A stretch of 64,000 bases of DNA from Felis catus. Taxonomy: Eukaryota. Below, piece after piece: positions 49,914 through 62,929 of the stretch. The stretch covers positions 96,288,001 through 96,352,000 of the forward strand of contig NC_058368.1 in NCBI RefSeq assembly GCF_018350175.1, written 5' to 3'. The first letter of the stretch is position 1. Each line of letters opens with the position of its first letter. The notes beneath the pieces are model-generated. The model saw only the letters and a program-made list of their open reading frames with translations, was not told the origin of the DNA and did no database searches. The position numbers and the translations under genes are program-made.

Positions 49914-50435
49914 ATGGGGAGGAAAAAAATTTCCTTCTACCCTTCTAGGTTCTTTGGGTGGTCCAATAATCAAACTAACCTAACACAGATTCACAGGAGA
50001 AAAAGAAATTTAATGACACATGCAGGGGCCCCAAAAGAAAGTCAGACCCAAGAAGAAGCTATATTCTATATAGAAGAAGCTATATAATACCCAAGAAGAA
50101 GCCAAGTGAGGCTTATATGCCATTTTGAGGTAAGGAATGGGATAGAGCCCAGCCTTCAAATGGGAAGAGGGTAATTCACATACAATAACAAGAGCAGATG
50201 TTTGGCAATTAAATGTTTCTCTTTCCATACAGATAGGCCATTCAGATGAAAAAAAAAAAGTTATCTCTTGGTACTAGCTCTCTTTCTGGATGAGGCTCTC
50301 TATCTAAATTATTTTAAGTAGTTTAAGGGTGAAAGTGTTTTTTCTTGAGTCTTCTGGGTTTGAATTGCCTTCAGTTCAAAATAGTCCACATGCCAAAGTG
50401 GCAGATTTTGGGGTGACTTACTCTAAATGCTTTCA
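49914..50435 (-). mobile_element. ERV1-class solo LTR (MER34-like)
   Basis: GGGGAGGAAAAAAATTTCCTTCTACCCTTCTAGG start; ends ATGCCAAAGTGGCAGATTTTGGGGTGACTTACTCTAAATGCTTTCA. Confidence 0.75.
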
Positions 50436-51427
50436 CTTTTCCATCTTTATTTCAAGGTTACAGAGTATCTCTATAATTTGCAAAAAAGAAAATAAAAAGA
50501 ATAGAATGTATAGGTATGAACTCCCAATTAATTGCTGATGAAAGCATGTTACCCCCCATATGAATTTTATACAGCAAGTTAAAAGTCTGAATTTGTAAAT
50601 TGAGTTCATTCAAGCTTAAACTGGATTTGAGCTTCAAAAGCTCATAGCATTTGGTTTTGCTTATAAATAGTGCTTGACACTTCCCAAATTCAATTAGTTT
50701 CGATTCTTGCAAAGTCACATTATAAGCAAAACTTGAGTCTATAAGCCTATTTTAAAGTAGCCTAAGTATATTTTGGTGTGTGAGATTATATTTTTGCTTT
50801 ATTTCTTAAATTGTTACTTCATTTCCGGGAATAGATTAGTCCATTTTTTTATCATGAGTATTGCACTATTGGATATTTGGGGGACTGAAGGCTTTTTGTT
50901 TGATCCTTTTCAGTTTTTGCACTCTTTAATGACTTCTTTTCAGGGCTGAAATCAGGGAAACTATGATTCAGTTTTTCTTGCCTTGTGTAAGCTAGAAATG
51001 CCTTAAGTAGGTTTTTACTTGCTGTCCAGAAACTCTATGGAGAGATTTTTTTCATTTACTTCTTTTCTCTTTAAGACTAGCAAGTGTTTAGAATACAGTA
51101 AGCAAACATTATATACACTTAAAGCCATGATTAGAGATATCCATTGTTTGTGAAATGTTATTTTGAAATGTCTTTTTCCTAAATCACATGGTGTCTTTAA
51201 GAGCCTGATTACAAGACAAAATAAAAGAGCAAAAAGAGGAACTATCTCCTATAGATCTTTTTTATTATAATGATAAGATAGGTTTACAGATGAACATTTA
51301 GAAAAGAGAGGTCAACACAACATAAAACAATCTTCTATACTCCCAACACTCAAAGATAAATTTTAACAGTTTTATGCACACTCTGACTCTTCTCTACACA
51401 TATGAGATTAAAAATATAAGACTATAT

Positions 51428-51607
51428 GGGGTTCTTGGGTGGCTCAGTCAGTAAGTGTACCACTCTTGATTTCAGCTGAGGTCATGATCTCATGGTTCAT
51501 GACTTCAATCCCCACATCAAGCTGTGTGCTGACCTTGTGGAGCCTGCTTGGGGATTCTCTCTCCTCTCTCTGCCCCTCTCTCACTCTCTCTTTCTCAAAT
51601 AAACATT
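51428..51607 (+). mobile_element. Can-SINE
   Basis: SINE head, (CT)n, AAATAAAC tail followed by TA-rich sequence. Confidence 0.93.
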
Positions 51608-51744
51608 ACATATATACATATGTATGTAAAATATAATGTACATATATATGAAATATAAGAATCACTCAAAAAGTGACCAGCAATGTCAATACTCACATTG
51701 TTGTTATAGCTACATTTAGGCCACTTGATAGTGTGTTAGATCAG

Positions 51745-52272
51745 CCATTCGTATATTCATCCAACATATCATTTGACTATCTACTATGCTTTAGGCACTA
51801 TTCCTGGAGATGAGGAAAAAGCAATAGAAAAAGCAGGTAACAATCCTTATTCTTTTGGAATTTACATTCCAGTGGAAGCAGATATGCTAGGGTGTGTGTG
51901 TGTGTGTGTGTGTGTGTGATAAAGAGACAGGTAAGTAGTACAGTAAGTGCTATGTGCTATGAAGTGTTAGGTGCTATGAAGAATGTAAAGCAATGTAAAA
52001 GAACAAGGAGGCAACAATAGATGGTGGGAAAATGGTGTAATTTAAAATAAGTCAGTTAGGAAAGCATCACTTGTATTAAGGGAATATTTGAACAGGTTTT
52101 AAAAAGGTAAGGGAGACAATTATGGGCAAATTTTGGAACAGAACATTCCTAGAAGCAAGTGAATGCCAAGCATGGAGATGAAGTTAAGTGTGATAAGGTA
52201 AGGGTTGCTGCTCTTGCCTTCTTACTTATTCTGTTTCTGCCATCCTGGCTTTCTTGCTCTTCTTAGACATTT
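51745..52272 (-). mobile_element. LINE-2 3' end containing (TG)n at ~51892-51918; last ~75 bp inverted
   Basis: CATTCGTATATTCATCCAACATATCATTTGACTATCTACTATGCTTTAGGCACT typical L2 tail. Confidence 0.75.
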
Positions 52273-52985
52273 TCCCACAATCTATTGTGGTGGAAATTCA
52301 CTAGCAAAAACAATCATACGTTACAGGTAGTAGATCAATCACTTATGAAGCTACTAGGAAGATTAAAAGACAATGGTAGTTAAATCAATTATATTGATGA
52401 AAACTAGTGAAGGGATACACAAAGTGAAAAGATGGCAAGTATGACATCATATATATGAAGTGGGGAGGGAGGAGGAAAAATGTAGTGCTTTTAGAATGTG
52501 TTTAAACTTAAGCTACCATTGACTTATTATAGACTGCTATATGCATAGGATGTTATATATGAACATCATGGTAACCACAAACCAAAAACCTATTGCAGTA
52601 TAAAAAAGATAAAAAGAAAGGAATCCAAGTATAACACTAAAGAAAATCATCAAATTACAAAGGAAAAGAGCAAATAAAAAAAGAGAGAACTACAAATACA
52701 ACCAGAAAACCATGACAAAATGACAATAGGTACATACCTATGAGCGATTACTTTAAATATAAATTGAATAAATACTCCATTCAAAAGACGTAAGGTGACT
52801 GAAGGGATTAAAAAAGAAAAGACCCAACAATATGCTGCCTACAAGAAACTCACTTTAGATTTAAAGACACATACAGACTGAAAGCGAAGAGATGGAAAAA
52901 GATATTCTAAGCAAATGAAGAGAAAAATAATCTGGGAGAACAATACATATATCAGGCAAAATACACTTTAAAACAAAGACTGAAA

Positions 52986-53128
52986 GGAGCACTTGGGTGG
53001 CTCAGTTGGTTAAGCGTCCTACTTGGCTCAGCTCATGATCTCACTGTTTGTGGGTTCAAGCCCCACATCAGACTCCATGCTCTGTCTCTCTCAAAAATAA
53101 ATAAATGTTAAAAATTAAAAAAAAAAAA
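52986..53128 (+). mobile_element. Internally deleted Can-SINE in L1
   Basis: SINE head joined directly to the (CT)/A tail; TSD AAAACA(A/C)AGAC(T/C)GAAA. Confidence 0.9.
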
Positions 53129-53755
53129 AACACAGACCGAAAAAATACAAGGAAGGATATTACATAATGATAAAAAGATCAATTCAACAAGAGAATATAA
53201 TAATTGTAAATACCTATGCACTTAACAGAGAAGCACCTAAATATAAAAAGCAAATACTAACATATATAAAGGGAAAAATTAACAGTACAATAATAACAGT
53301 AAGGGACTTTACCACTCCAGCTATACCAATGGATATTTCATCCAGATACAAAAGCAGTATGAAAAAGGGTTAGAATGACACATTAGAACAGAGGGACTTA
53401 ACATATATGCACACAACATTCCGTCCAAAAACAGCTTAATATACTCCTTTGCAAGTACACATGGGTCATTTTCCAAGATACATCATGTATTAGGCCACAA
53501 AATAAGTTTCAACAAATTTAAGAAGACTGAAATCATATCAGGCATCTTTTCTAACCACAACAATATAAACTCAAAATCATTACATGAAAATAAAAATGGA
53601 AAAAAAAAAACAGGACAAAACAAAATAGAAACATGTGGAACCTAAACTATGTGCCACTAAACAACCAATGCTTCATACAAGAAATCAAGAAGAAAACGAA
53701 AATTACCTGGAGAAAAATACAAATGGAAAAAAATGGTTCAAAAAGTGATGCAGCA

Positions 53756-53968
53756 GGGGTTCCTGGGTGGCTCAATCAGTTAAGCATTGGACTTCAGCTC
53801 GGGTCATGATCTCAAGGTTTGTGAGTTTGAGCCCAGCATTGGACTCTGTCCTGACAGCTCAGAGCCTGAGCCTCCTTTGGATTCTATGTCCCGCCCTCTC
53901 TCTGCCCCTTCCCCACTCACTCTCTGTCTCCATCTTGGTCTCTCAAAAATAAATAAACATTTTTTTTT
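53756..53968 (+). mobile_element. Can-SINE in L1
   Basis: Perfect TSD AAAAAGTGATGCAGCA. Confidence 0.97.
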
Positions 53969-56900
53969 AAAAAGTGATGCAGCAAAAGTAGTTCTAAAAG
54001 GAAACTTCGTACTGATTAAGTCCTCCCTTAGCAAACTAGAAAAATCTCCAACAATCTAACCTGAAACCTAGAGAAATGAAAACAATGACAAAGTTTGAAG
54101 TTATTAGAACACACATTAATAAAGATCAGAGTTGAAATAGAGACCAAAAATGTTTTTTTCCATGGAAAAAAATCAATGAAACTAAGAGCTGGTTTTTTGA
54201 AGACATAAACAAAATTGATAAACTTTTGTCTACAGCTCATCACGGGAAGAGAAAAAGGGCTAAAATCAAATTCAGAAAAGAAAATTCCAAATGGCATACA
54301 GAAATAAAAATATTTTAAAGACTATAATGAAAAATTACAGACAAAAAATATTTTAAAAACTGCAATAAATATTACAATGAAAAATTAATAAATTCCTAGA
54401 ACATACAATCTTCTAATACTGTATCAGGAAAAAATAGAAAATCTGAACAGACTGCTTACTAGTAATGAAATTAAATCATTATTTAAAAAAATCTAATAAA
54501 CTAAAATCCATTATCAGAATGTTTCACAAATGATTCATACCAAGCATTTAAAAAGTTAATACCTATAGTTCTCAAACTATTCCAAAATAGAAGAGGGAGG
54601 ATGTAATTTCAATGTTTCCAAATTAATTCTATAAGGCATTACCCAGATGCTAATACCAAATTTACTATAGAAAAGCAATTATAGGTCAATACCCCTGATG
54701 AACAAGATGTAAAAATTCTCAACAAAATATTAGTAAACCAACTCAAATACATTAAAGGAATCCATCACCACAATCAAGTAGGATGTAAATGATTATGAGG
54801 GGATAGTTCAATATTTGAAAAATAATGATATAGAAAATTAACAAAATGAAAGGTAACAATCATATGATCATCTCAATAAAGAAAAAAACTTTTGACAAAA
54901 TTCAACACCCATTCATGATAAAAAGAAAAAAAAACTCTCAACAAAGATGGTATGGAGGTAATATACCTCAACATAATAAAGGCCTTATATGATGAATCTA
55001 GCTGACATCCTACTCAATGGTAGAAAGCTGAAAGCTTTTTCTCTAAGCTTAGAACAAAAGTAGTAGGTCCACCTTTATCACTTTTATTCAACACAGTACT
55101 TGAATTCCTAGCTACAACAATCAAAGAGAAAGAAATAAATCATCCAAATTGAAAATGAATAAAACTGTCAATGTTTGCAGTTGACATGACACTATATATA
55201 GAAAAACCTATAGACCCCAACAAATAACCCTTAGAACTAATGAATGAATTCAGTAAAATCCCAGGATACAAGATCAGTAAACAAAAATGTGTTGTATTTC
55301 TATACACCAATAACAAAGTAGCAGAAAGAAAAATTAAGAAAACAATCCCACATACAATTTTATTTAGAAGAAGAAAATACCTAGGAATAAATTTAATGTA
55401 GAAGAAAGAAATTGGAGAGGACACAAATAAATGAAAAGATATTCAAAGTTCATGGATTGGAAAAATTAATATTGTTAAAATGCCTATATCACCCACAGCA
55501 ATGTTCAGATCAGTGCTATCTCAATCAAAATATCAAGAATATTTTTCACAGAACTAAAACGAATAATACTAAAATTTGTATGGAACCATAAAAGACCCCA
55601 AATAATCCACAGAATATTGAAAAAGAAGAATAAGCTGGAGGTATCATGATCCTAGTTTCCAACCTATACTATAAAGCTATAGTAATCAAAACTGTGGCGC
55701 TGCCATAAAAACAGATACACAGATCAATAAAACACAATAGGGAGCCCAGTAATAAACCCACGCATATAGGAGCAATTACACTATGACAGAAAAGACAATA
55801 ATATACAATGGAAAAAAGTCTCTTCAATTGCGAAAACTATACCAATTCATGCAAAGAATGAATGTGGACCACTTTTCTTACACCAGATTCAAAAATACAC
55901 TTAAAATAGTTAAGGAACTAAATGTATGACATAAAGCCATCAAAGTCCTAAAAGAAAATATAGACAAACTTATGGACATCACCTTTAGTGATATATTTCC
56001 AGATCTGTCTCCTCAGTCAAGGAAAACAAAGCTTTAACAAACAGATGGGATCACATCAAACTAAAAAGCGTATGCACAATTAACAAAATCATCAATAAAA
56101 TGTCAAGGCAACCAAGTGAATGGAAGGTATTTGAAAATGGTATGTCCGATAAAAAAAGTTAATATGCAATAAATATAAAAAGTTAGACAACTCAACAGGA
56201 AACAAAACAAATAATCTGATTGGAAAGGGGCAAAGAACCTGAATGGACATTTTGCTAAAGAAGACCTACAGATGGCCAACAATCACATGAAAATTTGTTC
56301 TACATCACTAATCACCACGGAAATGCAAACTGAAACCACAGTGAGATATCACTTCATACTAGTCACAATGGCTAGTATCAAATACGTATGAAATAATAAG
56401 AGTTTCCAAGGATGTAGATAAAAGGGACCCTCATGTCTTATTGGTAAAAATATAAATTGGAGCAGCCACTATAGAAAATAGTAAGAAAGTTTCTCAAAAA
56501 TTAAAAATACTATATGATCTAGTAAATATTTTTCTGTGTATTTACCCAAAGAAAATGAAATCACTCACTTGAAAGGACATAAGCACCTCTAGGTTTATTG
56601 TAGCATTATTTACAATAGCCAACAAACAGAGCAATCTAAGTGTTCATTAATAGACTAAAAGATAAAGAAGATGTAGTATATATACAATGGAAAATTACTC
56701 TGTCATAAAAAAGAATACTATCTTGTCATCTGTGACAACATGGAGGGACATGGAAGGTATTATGGCAAATGAAATACATCAGATAGAGAAAGACTAATAC
56801 CACATGATTTCACTTATATGTTTTATCTAAAAATAAATAAAACAAACTATCAAACAAAACACACGTGTACGTACACACGCACACACAGGGAAAAACAAAC

Positions 56901-57979
56901 AAACCAACAAACAGAAATAAACCCATAAATACAGAGGACAAAAATAGGCAGCTGCCCCCAGGGTGAGGGGATAGGTGAAGTAGGTGAAGGAGATTAGGAG
57001 GTATAAACTTCCAGTTTTAAAATAAGTAAGTCATCGGGATGGAAGTACATAATAGAGAATATAGTCAAGAATACTGTAACAACTTTGGTTGTAACAGTTT
57101 GTAATTACACTTAGCGTAGGGAGCATTTTATAATGTAGGAATTGTAGAATCACTATGTTGTACACCTACAAATAATGTCAACTACACTTCAATTAAAAAT
57201 TATTTTAAAATTGTATCACAGATTATATGATGACCTAAATTATGACCACAGAACTATGACCACAGGAAAGAAGTAGCATTGGAGAGAGTCGGGAGATAAA
57301 ATCTTCAAGGTCTGAGGGGGTATAGCTTGGGTTTAGTAGATGACTGAGAGATAGTGGGCCACATAATATGACATTCAGAGCTGAAGGTTTTTGGGAGAAG
57401 GGAGGAAGGATAATATGGATATGGTAATGAGCAAACAGGGAGGATCTCTCTTTTACTTTGGATCCAACAGTATGAGAGATGTGGAAAAAAAAAAAAAAGA
57501 GCCAGCATTTGAGAAGCTTCGAAGAAAACAGTTCATTTAGGAAAAGGGCAGGTTATTAGAGTCAGAAGAGAGAAGAACGGTAAAATATAGAGGAGTTCAC
57601 TAGTTATTGATTTTGGCTTTTAAAGAGCACAGTGGAAGGATTAAAGAAGTTAGAGAACGGAGGGAGATGGGATTCAAAAAAATAAAAAGGGTGGTATTAA
57701 AAGCCTGAAATATGTTAGAATCCAGAGCATAATGAAATAACTGGAAGTCTTGAGCTTCTGGCAATCACTGACATAACCATTATCCTGATGGTACAATTAC
57801 CGTTAGTCCTACTGTTCTCAAGGCAGTGTTGTCTTGCCAGTTAAGAATTAAGGGTAATGAGAGCAGCGATCTCTTTGACATTGGCCTGAGGAACATTTTT
57901 CTAGGTATGTCTCCTCAAGCAAAGAAAAAAAACAAACAAACATAAACTATTAGGACTACACCAAAATAAAAAGCTTTTC

Positions 57980-58191
57980 TTTTTTTTTAATGTTTATTTA
58001 TTTTTGAGACAGAGAGAGACAGAGCATGAACAGGGGAGGGTCTGAGAGAGAGGGAGACACAGAATCTGAAACAGGCTCCGGGCTCCGAGCTGTCAGCACA
58101 GAGCCTGATGCGGGGCTCAAACCCACGGACCGCGAGATCATGACCTGGGCCGAAGTCAGACGCTCAACCGACTGAGCCACCCAGGCGCCCC
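57980..58191 (-). mobile_element. Can-SINE (young felid type)
   Basis: TSD AATAAAAAGCTTTTC. Confidence 0.97.
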
Positions 58192-58640
58192 AATAAAAAG
58201 CTTTTCAACAGTGAAGGAAACCATCAACAAACAAAAAGTCAGCCTCCTGAACCAAAGTATAGAAGGAATTCATACAACTCAACACCGAAACAGAACAGAA
58301 CAAAATAAAACCCACAAGTAATCCAATTGAAAAATGAGCTGAGCGCCTGACTAGGCATTTGTCCAATGAAGACATAAAGATGGGCAACCACCACATAAAA
58401 AGATGCTCAACATCATTAATCATCAGGGAAATGTATATGAAAACTACAATGAGCTGTCACCTTATACACGTCAGAATGGCTAGTAACAGACATGGAGAGA
58501 TAACCAGTGTTGGCAAGGATATGGGTAAAAAAAAAAACAAAACACTAATTCAGAGAGATATATGCAACATTACTTATAATAACCAAGATATGGAAGCAAC
58601 CCAAGACTCCAGCAATAAATGAATGGATAAAGAAGAGGTA

Positions 58641-58643
<3 letters not shown>

Positions 58644-58686
<43 letters not shown>
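58644..58686. repeat. (CA)n microsatellite, about 21 units
   Basis: Direct reading. Confidence 0.97.
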
Positions 58687-58687
<1 letters not shown>

Positions 58688-59764
58688 GTGGAATATTATT
58701 CAGCCATAAAAAAGAATGAGATCTTGCCATTTGCAACAACATGGATGGACCTTATACTAAGTGAGTTGTGCAGAAAATAACAAATACCCTATGATTGCAC
58801 TTATATCTGGAATTGAAAAAACCAAACAAGGCAAAAACAGAGCTATAACTTAAGAGAACAAAGTGGTGGTTACCAGATGGAACAGGGGTGCGGGTAGGAG
58901 CCAAATGGGTGAATGGGAGTGGGAATTACAGGCTTCTAGCTATGAAATGTATAAGTCATAGGTATGAATGGTACAACACAGGGGATAGAGTCAAAGGTAT
59001 TATAATAGCAGTGTATGGAGACACATGGTAGCTACACTTGTGTTGAACACAACATAACATAAAATTGTTGAAACACTACATTGGATCACCTGAAACCAAG
59101 GTAACATTGTATCAAGTACAATTCAGTGAAAAAATTAAGTGTAGTGGGTGAGGGGATAATTGCTTTTGGTTAGCTCTATGTCAAGAGCCATTACTAAAGT
59201 CATCAAATATGCTATGACCTCACTGTAATGGATGAAGTGTATTCTATTGTATAGACACAAAATAATTCACAAAGTTAACTCAATAAGCACTATTAAATGC
59301 CTACAAGGTGCCAGTCGCAAATGCTAGGGAGGCAGCCCAGAAATTCCACTACGGATTTTGCCTTGATCGAACTGGAAATACAACAGGGAAATATACAGGA
59401 TGAGAAAGGGAATGAGCAATCCTAAATTACTATCAACGCTCAGGAGCAGTGGGCATGGGATAGAGGGTGGTGAGAAGCGAATGATGCTGAATTACTAGGC
59501 AGAGATAAAAGTGTTGGATTGAATGAGAAAATAAACAGCACCTCTGGAGAACTAAAAGGACATAAATCTTGAGATGACAGTGGATGGTTACTGGACAGTG
59601 GCATAAAGCCGAAGCAATGAGCAAATGCAGAACACACGGCCTTGTACATCTTGGTACAATATTTTTGTTTCCTTTCATTTTGCAACTACTAGATAGTTGT
59701 ATAGTTGTCACTTTTTTGCTGTTATGCATGACCTGTTTGTTGTTTATGACAATGACTGTGTCTT

Positions 59765-59978
59765 AAATTTTTTTTTAATGTTTATTTATTTTTGAAGGAG
59801 AGAGAGACAGAGTGTGAGTGTGGGAGGGGCAGAGAGAGACACACACATAGAATCTGAAGCAGGCTCCAGGCTCTGAGCTGTCAGCACAGAGCCCGACGCA
59901 GGGCTCGAACTCACAAACCCGAGATCATGACCTGAACCAAAGTCGGACGCTCAACCTACTGAGCCTTCCAGGCACCCC
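59765..59978 (-). mobile_element. Can-SINE
   Basis: TSD ACAATGACTGTGTC. Confidence 0.97.
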
Positions 59979-60447
59979 AACAATGACTGTGTCCGAATCT
60001 TTCCCTTTGGATGCTCTCTCTAGAATTGTTCAGTGGGAAGAAAAACAACATGAATATTTTAATCTAATTTTAAAATAATCTTTAATTAGTAAAGCCTCTT
60101 CCCCTTTGCTTTTCCCAAAACTTTGTATGACCATTTTTAAATTCTTTATGATAGATGAATCTTGAGGTCTCATTTTATTTCTTGTGATACTGAGCATTTC
60201 TTTTTCACTTAAACTTGGCTATATCTATTCCCTCTTCCCCTACCAGCCTAGTACATGCCTTTTGCTTATTTTTATTAGAATTTTTTTCTTTACTTGATTT
60301 TGAGAGTTTATTCTTATTGGTATAATTAGTTTTTCACCTTATAATAATATTTTTCTGGTTTATCTCTGTCTTGACTTTTATATGATGTTGTTGCTATACA
60401 AAGATGTATTCTTGTTTTTTTTTTACATTTATAATTTTTATGGTCAA

Positions 60448-60480
60448 TTTTTTTTGAGGGAGGGAGGGAGGGAGGGAGGG

Positions 60481-60512
<32 letters not shown>

Positions 60513-60633
60513 TCTTCAGCAGGCTCTATGACCAGTGCAGAGCCTGATGCAGGCATTCTCATAACCATGAGATCATGACCTGAGCCAAAATCAAGAGTAG
60601 GATGCTTAGCCCGATAAGCCACCCAGGCGCCCC
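60448..60633 (-). mobile_element. Can-SINE (older subtype) within ancient L1ME-like sequence (~60130-60800)
   Basis: GGGGCGCCTGGGTGGCTTATCGG head, (CT)/(CCCT)n tract. Confidence 0.92.
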
Positions 60634-61070
60634 TCCAGTAAAAAAATTTTAATAGTCTTTTCATTTATGATTAAATATCTCATGTTATACTTAGAAAGGC
60701 TTTTCCCATTGTGAGATCTGTGGGGGTTTTTACTAGAATATCTGTGATTTGTCTTTATTTTTTGTTCTTTGTAATTTTTATACAACTAGAATATGGAGTC
60801 TGAGGAAGAATGACTCAAAGATGTCCCTAGGATTTAAACCTACAGATTAAGAAACTAAACATGCCATTACTTAAAAGAAAAAAGTACAGGAAGAGGTGCC
60901 AAGGAGTAGCTCATGATAGAAACAGTTTTGTTTTGGGGGCTGGAATATTACTTACCTTCCAGAATTCTCAATTAACAGCTCCTTAAAAAAAAAAAAAGGT
61001 TAAGTGATCCTAATTGCCTTATAAGATTATGACACTCAAAAAAAACCAAGAGCTTTAGAAAGAATTCCAG

Positions 61071-62190
61071 GTATCAGTCACATACGTTCACAGCACAAGT
61101 AGCCTACAGGATTATCCAAGCAGATTCCTGGTACAAGTCACTGTAAATTATCAAGAAAATAATTTCTCTCCTGCCCTCCATTAAAAGTGTGCTAGGGATA
61201 TGCCCCTGAAAATGGCTATGATACATCATAGCTGGCTGGAATCTAAGTTATATTTAAGGTAAGTGGTTCTGAAAGGAGATAAAATGAAAATTCATAAAGC
61301 CTTTCACAAAAGGTATCACGTTGGTAATTATAGTTATTAGTTCCCATCCAAATCTTCTAGGTGGACTTTTGTAGCTCTCTACTGTCTGCACATCTGCAAG
61401 TATAATAGGCTTCATTTCCATATTGTAGTCCTCATTTGAATATCATTTCCTGTTTACTCAGAGCCAAGAAGTGAGTGCTTTTGGGCAACATATGGACAAG
61501 TTGTGTCCAGATAATAATGGAAAGACAGCATCTCATCACCATGATCAATAGAAATTGGAAACTATGGGGAAAAAGTTGCTGTTCTTGATTAAATATTAGC
61601 ATTAATATTTTAGTAATAGTAACTATGAAACGTCCTTTCTCTCCTTGAATTCATTAAGCCACCAGAGAAGCTTTATAGACTCATTATCTTATTCACGTCG
61701 GGCTTTTCATCTATGAATCTCAAAGACTAAAAATTAGATTTAATAACTTTTGAGGTCATGGGACTTTTCACATCTACAGTATTATCCAGAACATCTACTT
61801 TATCGACTTGACTTTGACTGGCAATGTGATCTCTGAACTTCAAAAATTTAAATTCCACAAAGGTCCTTTTTTTGTTCAAGTACAGTACAAGTACAAAGAC
61901 TGCACAAATCATAAAGAGATACCTCAATATATCATCACAAATTTGAGCACAACAGTGAAAGCCCAACCAATGCAATAAATAGAACACATCAGCACTTCAG
62001 AGCATCACTTTTTTTAACATTTAAAAAAAGATGGCTTTTTTTCCTCCTCCTTTCCCGCCTTTTCTTCTGCCTTCCATTATTTTTTATCTAAATGGAACTA
62101 CCATTTTTATAGTTAATGAATCAGACTCTACACTCATTAACCTCAGTGAAAAGCATTCTGAAATATTTGAGTACCTAGGTACTATTTGTT
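61071..62190 (+). pseudogene. Putative decayed single-exon LRR + Ig-domain (LIG-type) gene relic
   Basis: Manual translation across stops and frameshifts gives, in order: LRRNT-like YVHSTSSLQDYPSRFLVQVTVNYQENNF; LRR-like LYLR*VVLKGDKMKIHKAF, TFVALYCLHICKYNRL, MDKLCPDNNG, SFLSLNSLSHQRSFIDSLSYSRRAF, (L)QRLKIRFNN; LRRCT-like LYRLDFDWQCD; Ig-like GF..PPP and YLNGTTIFIVNESDS. Confidence 0.55.
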
Positions 62191-62582
62191 TACATTTTCT
62201 ATCAAATCTTAACCTCTGGTTCCAAGGACTGGGCAAGTGAACTGATGTTTTAGGACATAAAAAATTCTCCATCTCCAAATATGTTCACACAGATGTATCC
62301 CTAATCATCAGACAGTTTTTCTTGTAGCTTGTGATTAACTCTCCATAATTTCCAATAAATAACACTAATACTTTATATAACAGCACAAAAATATTTAATT
62401 TGCATTGCACCACTAGAATTTTGAACTTTTGGGTTCAGTGTGAATTCCAAGACCCTAACTCTTACATAAGGGTCACTTCCTGAGTTCTTTGACAGACCCT
62501 GAGTGGAGTTTGTCTTCATATCTGACTACTTGGCTGCCTCATTTATCTTTTCTAATACTTTACTTAATAAATACTTATTCTT

Positions 62583-62772
62583 GGGGTGCCTGGGTGGCTC
62601 AGTTAGTTAGGCGTCATGATCTCACAGTCCTTGGGTTCAAGCCCTGCCTCGGCCTTTGTGCTGCTGGCTCAGAGCGTGGAGCCTGCTTCAGATTCTGTGT
62701 CTCCCTCTCTCTCTGAGCCCCTCCCCTGCTTGTGCTCTCTCTCTTTCAAAAAATGAGTAACATTAAAATAAA
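62583..62772 (+). mobile_element. Can-SINE with a small internal deletion
   Basis: GGGGTGCCTGGGTGGCTCAG head, (CT)n, A tail. Confidence 0.95.
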
Positions 62773-62929
62773 TAATCTTACTTATAAAAATATTTTATAG
62801 TGCTCATTAATTCTTAAGTCCCCAATTGGTGGACAACAATTTTAGTCTAAGCTGTCTGATACATGGGCAGTTACACAACTAAATGCATTTGTGTGTGTGA
62901 TTAATACCTGTATTTGATTTATGCAAGTG

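Larger units (their letters stand above)
52292..57200 (+). mobile_element. 5'-truncated decayed LINE-1 (inter-ORF region to 3' end)
   Basis: EN remnant MIKRSIQQENIIIVNTYALNREAPKYKKQIL, RT region, 3' end CAACTACACTTCAATTAAAAA. Confidence 0.93.
57858..59135 (+). mobile_element. 5'-truncated LINE-1 3' fragment
   Basis: ORF2 C-terminus ([14 protein letters not shown]) and 3' UTR; contains a SINE and (CA)n. Confidence 0.88.

Noticed and set aside
7200..59135. L1 ORF1/ORF2 fragments as active CDS
   Set aside because: All copies carry many stops and frameshifts; none is retrotransposition-competent
61727..61987. 86-aa minus-strand ORF with a hydrophobic stretch
   Set aside because: Non-ATG start, no recognisable family; better explained as the antisense shadow of the putative LRR-Ig relic
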